From a virus (taxonomy: Duplodnaviria; Caudoviricetes), in IMG/VR virus record IMGVR_UViG_3300032225_001413, positions 1 to 36,901 of that record: a stretch of DNA of 36,901 bases; one strand, written 5' to 3'. The stretch's first letter is position 1. Each line of letters opens with the position of its first letter. Below, piece by piece: positions 28,131-35,683 of this stretch. Position numbers and translations under genes: made by a program. The notes under the pieces were generated by a model that worked only from the letters and a program-made list of their open reading frames with translations, was not told where the DNA came from and made no database searches.

Positions 28131-28358
28131 ATGCTGGACGCATACACGATCACCGCCCGCCAGATTGCCGATTTGCGGAATGAGGCGCACATGGTTGGCG
28201 ACGACGTCATGGTCAAGTGGTGCGAAATCGCGCTTTCGCGATGCCACCTGACCGACGCCGCAGGAAAACGCTGGCGGCACCCGACGAGCGGCAAGCGCGT
28301 AACGCGCGATCAAGCGCGTCAGGTCTGCGCAGATTCGATCAACGACGGCAACGGCTGA
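28131..28358 (+). CDS. Hypothetical early protein, 75 aa
   Basis: GGGAG RBS before ATG 28131; first gene after the promoter. Confidence 0.8.
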   Translation: MLDAYTITARQIADLRNEAHMVGDDVMVKWCEIALSRCHLTDAAGKRWRHPTSGKRVTRDQARQVCADSINDGNG

Positions 28359-28386
28359 ACCAGCACACAGACAGGGAGCAACGACC

Positions 28387-28563
28387 ATGCGATACAACAC
28401 CCTCCTTCGCGCCGCGATCGAGCAGTACCTTGGCCGCAAGATCGAGCGCCGCACGTCGCGCGGCAGCGACGGGCGTTTGCGCTACGGCTGGCACGACGGC
28501 GCGGCCTATCTCGGCTGCACGCTCGACACCGCATGCGATTGCCTCAACATTCTTACTTTTTGA
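28387..28563 (+). CDS. Hypothetical early protein, 58 aa (MRYNTLLRAAIEQYLG...)
   Basis: GGGAG RBS; fills the gap; below the ORF-track cutoff. Confidence 0.75.
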   Translation: MRYNTLLRAAIEQYLGRKIERRTSRGSDGRLRYGWHDGAAYLGCTLDTACDCLNILTF

Positions 28564-28577
28564 ACGGAGCAGAGACC

Positions 28578-29267
28578 ATGTTGACTGCAAAGAAAAGCCT
28601 TCGCGACGCCGTTGAGGCGCGCGCACCCAAGATCCTCGTGTACGGCGGCGCGGGTGTCGGAAAAACGACGCTGATCGCGTCCCTTACCGGGAAGATCCTG
28701 ATCATCTCGGCCGAAGCGGGATTGCTCTCGCTCGCCGGCGCCGACATTGACGCCGATGTTGTGGAGGTCACGTCGATTGAGGCGCTGCGCGCGGTCTACG
28801 CCGAGCTCCGCGCCGGGGATCACGGGTATGCGTGGGTCGTGCTCGACAGCGTGAGCGAGATTGGCGAAGTGGTTTTGAGCGCGGAGAAGGCGAAGACCAA
28901 AGATCCGAGGGCCGCGTATGGGGCCTTGTCCGACGAGATGCTCAAGATCATGCGCGCGTTCCGCGACTTGAGCTGCGGCGTCTATTTTTCAGCGAAGCTT
29001 GCGTCGACGAAGGACGAGGCTACTGGGCGCGTCAGCCACGGCATCGGGATGCCAGGGGCGAAGTTGGGCGAGGCGTTGCCATACCTTTTCGACGAGGTCT
29101 TCCGCCTCGTCGTCATCGACGAGGATGACGGGCAGGGCGGTAAGATCGCCGCGCGTTACCTGCTTACGGCGACCGATGGCAAGAGCGTGGCAAAAGATCG
29201 TTCGGGCAAGCTCGACGCGCTTGAGCCGGCCGACCTCGGGCACGTCGAAGCGAAGATTTCGGCCTGA
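28578..29267 (+). CDS. Sak4-like AAA ATPase (single-strand annealing protein), 229 aa
   Basis: YGGAGVGKTT, SAEAG, VVLDSVSE and AKDRSG motifs; adjacent to the SSB. Confidence 0.85.
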   Translation: MLTAKKSLRDAVEARAPKILVYGGAGVGKTTLIASLTGKILIISAEAGLLSLAGADIDADVVEVTSIEALRAVYAELRAGDHGYAWVVLDSVSEIGEVVLSAEKAKTKDPRAAYGALSDEMLKIMRAFRDLSCGVYFSAKLASTKDEATGRVSHGIGMPGAKLGEALPYLFDEVFRLVVIDEDDGQGGKIAARYLLTATDGKSVAKDRSGKLDALEPADLGHVEAKISA

Positions 29268-29365
29268 AACGTACGAACCAAAGACGGTGATCGAATGGCC
29301 CACGTCACGGGCCACCAGCCAATCGCGGGGGATAGGCGCCCGCATTTCACGCAGCGAGGTTCACA

Positions 29366-29887
29366 ATGTCCGACTGGCACGACGACAACGACGACAGCAG
29401 CACGAGACTTGGTTTCAACGTCGAGGACGTGCAGGCGCCCAGCTTCGACCTCTTGCCACCGGGGCGCTACCAGGTGGTGTGCTCGAGCGCCAAGGTGGCG
29501 CCGAGCAAGAACAATCCATCGACGGTATTGGCGAACATCGAAGAAACGATCATCCTCGACGGTGACCATGCGGGGCGCAAGATCTGGTCGCGCTACGTCG
29601 TCGCCCATGCCGACGGCAAGGTCATGGCGCGTGGTCGCGCCGACGTGGTGCGAATGATGTCGGCCTATGGCATCGGCGGCGGCGACCTCGCCCCGTGCGT
29701 CGGGCGTGAATGCATGGCCGCTGTCGACATCGAGGCGGCGAAGGGCGAATGGGACGCGCGCAACAAGATCAAGCGCCGCGAGGCAATCGGCGGCGCCATG
29801 CCTGCGGCGAAGCCTGCGCCCGTTGCCGCCGCGTCGAAGGCTGCGCCTCCGTCGTTTTTGCGTAATCGTAAGACTATCGAGGGTTGA
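29366..29887 (+). CDS. DUF669-like single-stranded DNA-binding protein, 173 aa
   Basis: FDLLPPGRY, GDHAGRKIW, RNKIK, and a Pro/Ala-rich tail. Confidence 0.8.
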   Translation: MSDWHDDNDDSSTRLGFNVEDVQAPSFDLLPPGRYQVVCSSAKVAPSKNNPSTVLANIEETIILDGDHAGRKIWSRYVVAHADGKVMARGRADVVRMMSAYGIGGGDLAPCVGRECMAAVDIEAAKGEWDARNKIKRREAIGGAMPAAKPAPVAAASKAAPPSFLRNRKTIEG

Positions 29888-29895
29888 AACATCCC

Positions 29896-29992
29896 GTCGC
29901 GTGTGGCCCCGAGCGCGACAAACCATTGGCATTCCGCTAATGGTTCATCTGTCCGAAAGCTTTGGCGGGTGGAGACAATCGGGGCACCTTTT
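29896..29992 (+). ncRNA. Candidate structured cis-regulatory RNA
   Basis: A closing stem enclosing two hairpins, followed by CTTTT; identified by eye only. Confidence 0.35.
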
Positions 29993-30004
29993 CTGGAGTT
30001 AATT

Positions 30005-30247
30005 GTGACGATCGATCGATACCGTGGCCCGCGTCGAATTCGCCTCGACGGTGAACGTTTCGCCGCGCTGCGCGCGCAAAAGAACTACAGCCTTGCTCAC
30101 GTCGCCACCGCGTGCGGTGTGACGCGCCAGGCGGTGTGCCAGTGGGAGCAAGAACGCAGCGTCCCCGACGATCGCGCGCTCGAAGGATTGGCGCTCGTCT
30201 TCGGCGAAGACCTCGCCGCCGCCGTAAGCGTCAAGGTGTGGGAATGA
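30005..30247 (+). CDS. XRE/Cro-family HTH regulator, 80 aa
   Basis: LR...YSLAHVA...GVTRQAVCQWE...P; GGAG RBS before GTG 30005. Confidence 0.88.
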   Translation: MTIDRYRGPRRIRLDGERFAALRAQKNYSLAHVATACGVTRQAVCQWEQERSVPDDRALEGLALVFGEDLAAAVSVKVWE

Positions 30248-30612
30248 CAGCGTCCACAATCGCAATCCCGCTGCGTCTTGGCGCTGCATTGAACGCGCGC
30301 GTGCATTGGACTGCACGCGCAAAGCGGGCGAAGACGGAACGCGCCATCGTGCGGACGACGCTTGCCTGCTATCGTCAACCGATGCTGTCGGGCGATACGC
30401 CGCCATCGATATGCACGCTCGTACGTGTCGCGCCGCGCGCGCTCGACGACGACAACCTTGCGGGCGCATTCAAGAGCATCCGCGACGAGATCTCCGCATT
30501 CTTCGAGGTCGACGATGGGCCAAATGGTCCGATCGCGTGGCGATACGAGCAGCACAAAGGCGAGCCGAAGCAGCACGGGATCGAGATTCGGCTTGAATGG
30601 ATAAATGCATGA
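30244..30612 (+). CDS. RusA-like Holliday junction resolvase, 122 aa
   Basis: DDDNLAGAFKSIRD...VDD signature; ATGA overlap. Confidence 0.8.
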   Translation: MTASTIAIPLRLGAALNARVHWTARAKRAKTERAIVRTTLACYRQPMLSGDTPPSICTLVRVAPRALDDDNLAGAFKSIRDEISAFFEVDDGPNGPIAWRYEQHKGEPKQHGIEIRLEWINA

Positions 30613-30761
30613 CCGGACGAAAAAAAGACATCGCCAAGCGTGAGCGCATCGCCGAGTTGCTGCGTAATGGCACGACGACGGAAGCGATTGTCGCGCGGCT
30701 TGGATGCACAAAGCAGTTTGTGAGCGAGATTAGGCGAGAGCTGAAAAAGGGGCAGGGATGA
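30609..30761 (+). CDS. Small HTH protein, 50 aa
   Basis: IAELLRNGTTTEAIVARLGCTKQFVSEIRR; ATGA overlaps on both sides. Confidence 0.75.
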   Translation: MTGRKKDIAKRERIAELLRNGTTTEAIVARLGCTKQFVSEIRRELKKGQG

Positions 30762-30940
30762 CCGACAAGGAAATGGCCGACCGTTTCGACGAGCTGTTGC
30801 GGCAGCTTGAATTGTCGACGGAAATCATGGTCCGCGAGTGGCGAATGCTGTACGACAACGGAAGCTACGGCGCACGTTCATTGAAAATTCAAATCGACCG
30901 CAATCGAGAAGCCATCGACAAAGCAAGGGGCAAAGCATGA
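30758..30940 (+). CDS. Hypothetical protein, 60 aa
   Basis: ATGA overlaps on both sides; ends REAIDKARG. Confidence 0.75.
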   Translation: MTDKEMADRFDELLRQLELSTEIMVREWRMLYDNGSYGARSLKIQIDRNREAIDKARGKA

Positions 30941-31674
30941 CGACAAAAAAACCACGCCGGCAGTACCGCGACAGCGACGGCAGGCGCCTGCCAGGTGTGA
31001 CTACGGTGCTCGGCGTGCTGGACAAGCCCGCGCTCGTGCCGTGGGCTGCGCGACAGGCCGCAGAGGCGACCGCCGCCGCGATGGTCGACGGTGGCCAGCC
31101 TGCGGCGCAGGCGATCGAGATTGGCCGCAAGGCACCATTTCAGCGTCGACAAGATGCCGCAGACGCAGGGACGCAGGCGCACGCGTGCCTTGAGGCGCAC
31201 TATATCGGCGAGCCTTGGCCCGAGGACGCGAGCGACGCGGCACGCGCATGTGCGCAGCGCGTGATCAACCACATCGAGGCACGCGGCTATCGCGTGATCG
31301 CAAGCGAATGGGCGTCAACGATCTTCGATTATGGCGAAGGCTGGGGCGGGACGCTCGATTTGATTCTCGAGCGCGAAGGGCTTGTGTACGTCGCCGATCT
31401 CAAAACGGGTAAGGGCGCCTTCGACGAGGTCGTGCCGCAGCTCGCCGCCTATCGGCACCTGTGGGATTTCTCGCGCGATGACCGCGAACATTGGATCACC
31501 GGAGGAGGAGTCGTGTTTCACGCCCCGATCGAAGGCGACACGGTAGCCGAGATTGCGCTGCCGCCGGCGAAGTTGGATGCCGGCTGGCGTGTTTTCCACG
31601 GCGCATTGACCGTCTACTGGGCCAAAAAAGAGGCGCGCTTACCGGGCGCCAAGGATGACGACGATGGGGCATGA
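30937..31674 (+). CDS. PD-(D/E)XK exonuclease, 245 aa
   Basis: PGVTTVL, GTQAH, GTLDL, ADLKTG, QLAAY. Confidence 0.88.
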   Translation: MTTKKPRRQYRDSDGRRLPGVTTVLGVLDKPALVPWAARQAAEATAAAMVDGGQPAAQAIEIGRKAPFQRRQDAADAGTQAHACLEAHYIGEPWPEDASDAARACAQRVINHIEARGYRVIASEWASTIFDYGEGWGGTLDLILEREGLVYVADLKTGKGAFDEVVPQLAAYRHLWDFSRDDREHWITGGGVVFHAPIEGDTVAEIALPPAKLDAGWRVFHGALTVYWAKKEARLPGAKDDDDGA

Positions 31675-31993
31675 CGTCGAGGGTCGGCTACTCGCCGACG
31701 AAGTCGAGCGCCTGCGCGCCGAACGCGACGCAGCCACCGCGCGCGAGGACGCCACCGGCTACCAGGTCGATGCCTTGCGGCGCCGCATCGAGCAGGCCGA
31801 GACGGCGCTTTTGGCGGTGCGCGTGGCTTTGCAGGTTTTCGACGTCGTGCCGGGCGATGTCGGCGACGTGGGCGTGCTCAAAGACTCTGTCCGCGCAGCA
31901 ATCGTCGCGATAGAGTCAGGCGCAATTTTCGATTGGTACCAGCGCGACGCGCTCTTGCGTAGGCTGCGTGACCACGTCGACGAAAGAGGGTGA
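31664..31993 (+). CDS. Hypothetical coiled-coil protein
   Basis: AAGGA RBS before ATG 31664 (alternative start 31655). Confidence 0.65.
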   Translation: MGHDVEGRLLADEVERLRAERDAATAREDATGYQVDALRRRIEQAETALLAVRVALQVFDVVPGDVGDVGVLKDSVRAAIVAIESGAIFDWYQRDALLRRLRDHVDERG

Positions 31994-31996
31994 GTC

Positions 31997-32146
31997 ATGC
32001 CGGGTGGAAGAACGCCAGCGCAGGAGGCAATCTGGGTCCGCGCAAAGAAGGCAGTTGAGAAGAGCAAGGGTAAGGCTGAAAGCGCCTTCACCGATCGCGA
32101 CTGGGGTTTGGTGCAGAAAATCTACAAGGAAATTGGCGGAACCTAG
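31997..32146 (+). CDS. Small basic protein, 49 aa (W.RAK...W.LV..IYK..GG)
   Basis: GAGG RBS; fills the gap before the methyltransferase. Confidence 0.7.
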   Translation: MPGGRTPAQEAIWVRAKKAVEKSKGKAESAFTDRDWGLVQKIYKEIGGT

Positions 32147-32171
32147 TGGTCACGCAAGGGAGCAAGGGAGC

Positions 32172-32894
32172 ATGACAGCACAATTACATTTCGGGCGTTG
32201 GCAAGACGCCCTAGCCCACGTCGACGCCGTCGACGCCGTGATCTGCGATCCGCCGTACGGGGCGAAAACGCATGAGGGACACAACGAAATTGGGCATATT
32301 AAAAGAGCCGCAGGCACGTACAAAGAAAAACCCGTTAATCCGAAAAAGGTTGGCAGGCCATTAAATTACGAACCGTGGATGCCGTCCGACGTGCGCGGCT
32401 TTGTCGACGCGTGGGTTCCGCGCTGCCGCGGATGGTTCGTAGCATTTACGTCGCATGACCTCGTGCCCGCATACGTCGACGCGCTAGAGGGCGCTGGCCG
32501 ATACGTATTCGCGCCGCTGCCGTTCTTTTCGCCGGGATCGCGGATTCGGCTGTCAGGTGATGGACCATCATCGTGGACGTGCTGGGTTGTCGTGGCGCGC
32601 CCGAAGACGCGCGAATTTCAACGGTGGGGCACGCTTCCGGGCGGGTACATGCATCCGCCCGAAAACTGCGCTGTGGTTGGCGGCAAGCCGCTCGGTTTGA
32701 TGTGCGCCATCGTGCGCGACTACTCGCGACCGGGCGACTTGATTTGCGATCCGTTCGTCGGGTCGGGTACGACGTTGCTTGCGGCGATCATGGAAGGTCG
32801 CCGCGCAGTCGGCGCCGAGCAGAAGCCTGAACACTACCACATCGCTGCGACGAGGCTTTCGCGCGGCTACACCGCAACGATGTTTGCGGAGTAG
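32172..32894 (+). CDS. Orphan beta-class N6A/N4C DNA methyltransferase, 240 aa
   Basis: DPPY precedes DPFVGSGTT; GGGAG just before ATG 32172; no partner endonuclease seen. Confidence 0.92.
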   Translation: MTAQLHFGRWQDALAHVDAVDAVICDPPYGAKTHEGHNEIGHIKRAAGTYKEKPVNPKKVGRPLNYEPWMPSDVRGFVDAWVPRCRGWFVAFTSHDLVPAYVDALEGAGRYVFAPLPFFSPGSRIRLSGDGPSSWTCWVVVARPKTREFQRWGTLPGGYMHPPENCAVVGGKPLGLMCAIVRDYSRPGDLICDPFVGSGTTLLAAIMEGRRAVGAEQKPEHYHIAATRLSRGYTATMFAE

Positions 32895-32897
32895 ATC

Positions 32898-33320
32898 GTG
32901 GATCTTTTTTCTATGGGCGTTTTTGACGACGAGCGCACGCCGCGCGAACGTGCGCCAGCCCGGCCGGTGCGGTGCCTTGAGGACGATCTAGCGCCAGCGT
33001 TGCCACAGATTCCGCTGTGCACGACTTGCGGAAATCACGCGCTCAAGGGCAAAACCGTTTGCCTGATCTGCGAGCGAGAACAACGGGTTCGGCCGTGGTC
33101 GAAGTCGACGACGGTGCAGGAAATGCGAAAATTCATGCGCCTGCGCGCAAAGATGATCTGTCACGGCGGCGTCCTGCGCGAGTCGAAGACGATCGCGCAC
33201 GTCCTCGCCGATTTTGTCGCCGAAGGTAACGCCAGGTGGGCGACGCGCCGCGACCTGCATCGTCTCGGACTGCCCGACGATGGCCCCCGCGTGGCGATCC
33301 TTCTCGGATGGCCAAAATGA
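32898..33320 (+). CDS. Hypothetical Zn-ribbon protein, 140 aa
   Basis: CTTC...CLIC; GGAG RBS. Confidence 0.65.
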   Translation: MDLFSMGVFDDERTPRERAPARPVRCLEDDLAPALPQIPLCTTCGNHALKGKTVCLICEREQRVRPWSKSTTVQEMRKFMRLRAKMICHGGVLRESKTIAHVLADFVAEGNARWATRRDLHRLGLPDDGPRVAILLGWPK

Positions 33321-33451
33321 TCGGTTTGGCATTGCTGTTTGCCGCATTTGCGGTCGTCGCCGCTTACTCGCACGCACTCGACGTGCGCGACGAGCGACGG
33401 CGTCAACAGCGCCTTGACGCGTGGTACGACGAGAACGGCGGCGGCGAGTGA
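33317..33451 (+). CDS. Small membrane protein, 44 aa
   Basis: ATGA overlap; MIGLALLFAAFAVVAAY. Confidence 0.65.
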   Translation: MIGLALLFAAFAVVAAYSHALDVRDERRRQQRLDAWYDENGGGE

Positions 33452-33675
33452 GCAGCACGACGGAGCACGTGGCCAGCGGAGACGTCGAAACGATGACGCC
33501 GTCGACGCTGCGCTACTCGCTCCGTCGCGCGCGCCAACGGATCGCGACGCTCGTCGCGATGGTCGATGACCTAACGCGCGAGCGCACCGCACTACGCGCG
33601 CGCGTTCGGCGCCTTGAGCGGCAGCTAGACCATGTGCGCGACGCCGCTAGTGCGAACGACGCTGAACTTGACTAA
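33448..33675 (+). CDS. Small coiled-coil protein, 75 aa
   Basis: GTGA overlap; heptad pattern. Confidence 0.6.
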   Translation: MSSTTEHVASGDVETMTPSTLRYSLRRARQRIATLVAMVDDLTRERTALRARVRRLERQLDHVRDAASANDAELD

Positions 33676-34312
33676 TCGACATCATCACGATCGAAAACGG
33701 CACCGACGCCGTAGCTTCAATTTCGATTATTCGCTCGTTGTAGCCGGGCTCGATCGGTACGTAGATGTCTGCCGGCGTTTGAACTAGCGTTCCGATCGTC
33801 GCCATCGTGAGAGTCGTCGACTGCGAAGGCCCCGACTGTCCTTCGGATCCATAGATCCTTACGTTTGCCGTCGCCGTCGCTGCGCCGCCAGTACGAACAC
33901 CGCGCACGACAAGGATCCCGCGCGTGTACGGTGCACGCGGCAGCGGTTGGTGTGGACGATTGACGAAGCGGGCGAAGATGAATTGTCGTTCCCCGCTCGT
34001 CGTCAAAGACACGATCGCCTTTTCGCCATAGGCGTTCGCCTGCGTCAAAATTCCTTCATAAAGCCAAATCGGATGAAGGATCGCGTCTCCCCACGGTGGG
34101 CCGCTACGGTCGACACCAGCGCGGCCCTGCGGGTTGATCGGCGTGACAATACCGTCAGCGGCAATGGCTGGCGCACCAGTAGCCAGTTCATAGAGATAGC
34201 GAACGCGGCCCGCGATGGATTCTGCGATGCGCGCCAGCGCGGGGGCATTGCTTCGCACCTGCGTCGACGTGAGGGGTGCTGAAGAAATGGATCGGGAAAT
34301 TGGACGCGGCAT
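33647..34312 (-). CDS. Tail tip/baseplate-associated protein, 221 aa
   Basis: Last gene of the virion operon; shares an N-terminal module with the upstream gene. Confidence 0.65.
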   Translation of the reverse strand: MPRPISRSISSAPLTSTQVRSNAPALARIAESIAGRVRYLYELATGAPAIAADGIVTPINPQGRAGVDRSGPPWGDAILHPIWLYEGILTQANAYGEKAIVSLTTSGERQFIFARFVNRPHQPLPRAPYTRGILVVRGVRTGGAATATANVRIYGSEGQSGPSQSTTLTMATIGTLVQTPADIYVPIEPGYNERIIEIEATASVPFSIVMMSISQVQRRSH

Positions 34313-34321
34313 CGTATTACC

Positions 34322-35683
34322 TCACGGAGTGAAGCCGTACCCGTAACCGAGGACAAGAAGTTCACGGCCACCGATGGAACCACCGGTTGTGTTGCGTACT
34401 GCGATCGATGCAAGGTTTTCCACGCCGCCACTAAACGTGTTTCCGCTGATCATGCACGACCATAGGTTAGTCGTCCCCAATTGGGTAAAGGCTGTCCACG
34501 CACTGACGCCGCTACCCGTCGTCAAACGTGCTTGCCATGTGCCGGCGCCAGCGGTGGAGTAGTCCAACGCAAGAATCACGATGTCGAGGTCCGTCGTTCC
34601 GGTATCTTTGAAGCTCGGAAAACGCACTGACGCTGACGATATGGACGCTACTTCGTTTGCCGCCGTCGTCTGCGGGTAGCGTACCCAGTCGATTGGGCCA
34701 AGGATCGGCGATGCGGCCGAAAGCGTGCCGAGGAAATCTGTTTTCGTCGTCACGGACGAGACACGCATACATCCAAGCGCAACAGAGCAAAGCGGGAATT
34801 CGATCAGCGGTTCGGCTGTGAACGATGTCCGATTATGGTCGCGCGTTTGCGATACCGTGATCGAATTGTTGCCCGGTGCCGGAAGTCCCGTCAGGTATTC
34901 CCACAGCGTGTTGATCGAGCGGTTGATCCGCGTCAGCACCCACGGGTCAAGCGGCGCGTCGGCGGCAGTCATCGCGGCATCGATCGAATCGCCGGCCATG
35001 ACCGACGGCGTCATGGTGTTAGTGGGAAATGGGTTACCGCTTGCCGCCGCTCCAACATTGGTCAAGCCATTGGCGCCGCTCGTGGTACGCCACGTCGGGA
35101 AAAGACGCCATCCCTCAATCCGCGCACCGGGGTCGAGGTCGGTAAGGTACAGCGGTGCGCGCACAGCGATATAGCGCCACGTCGCGGCAGCAGTCTGATC
35201 AATTACCAGGTCGAAGACGACACGGCGGTAGCGATCCGCACCGGCGACATTGGAGACGACGCGCTGACCGACGTAGGCGCCCGACGTCAACGCCCACGTC
35301 GACGACATGACATCACATTCGATCTGTTGATTTGCGACGCGTAAGTCAACGTCCAATTCAAGCGTCCACGACTCCGAAATGCCAGTCTTCGGAAACAAAA
35401 CCGGAATCACGAGGATGTAGAATTCAGCTTCTGTTGCAGCACCATAAAGCGCAAGCTCGCGCGCAATGGTCTGCGACCCAGCAGGTAGGCGCAGCGGGCA
35501 TCCTCTATCGGTGGCGCCCGAATGATTGATCGTGTTCGCCTCGCCGTTTTCGCCGGTGATCTTGTCGTAGACCAGCGCGAAATCTCCAGCCGCGTTGTCG
35601 ATAACGCGCGCGTAGATCGAGGCGTCGCGCACGACGTCGCCAAGCGGAGCACCGACAAACGAGGAGTTTTTACGGCGCGCCAT
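34322..35683 (-). CDS. Tail tip/baseplate-associated protein with two repeated modules, 453 aa
   Basis: TAATG overlap at 35683 with a GGAG RBS; beta-rich. Confidence 0.65.
   Translation of the reverse strand: MARRKNSSFVGAPLGDVVRDASIYARVIDNAAGDFALVYDKITGENGEANTINHSGATDRGCPLRLPAGSQTIARELALYGAATEAEFYILVIPVLFPKTGISESWTLELDVDLRVANQQIECDVMSSTWALTSGAYVGQRVVSNVAGADRYRRVVFDLVIDQTAAATWRYIAVRAPLYLTDLDPGARIEGWRLFPTWRTTSGANGLTNVGAAASGNPFPTNTMTPSVMAGDSIDAAMTAADAPLDPWVLTRINRSINTLWEYLTGLPAPGNNSITVSQTRDHNRTSFTAEPLIEFPLCSVALGCMRVSSVTTKTDFLGTLSAASPILGPIDWVRYPQTTAANEVASISSASVRFPSFKDTGTTDLDIVILALDYSTAGAGTWQARLTTGSGVSAWTAFTQLGTTNLWSCMISGNTFSGGVENLASIAVRNTTGGSIGGRELLVLGYGYGFTP

Noticed and set aside
29888-30004. 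Match to c-di-GMP-I riboswitch, hammerhead or HDV-like ribozyme
   Set aside because: The conserved cores (GGGACGCAAAGC, CUGANGA, P3/L3 pseudoknot) are absent.
30937-31674. Exonuclease as Cas4
   Set aside because: It lacks the four-Cys Fe-S arrangement and has no CRISPR context.
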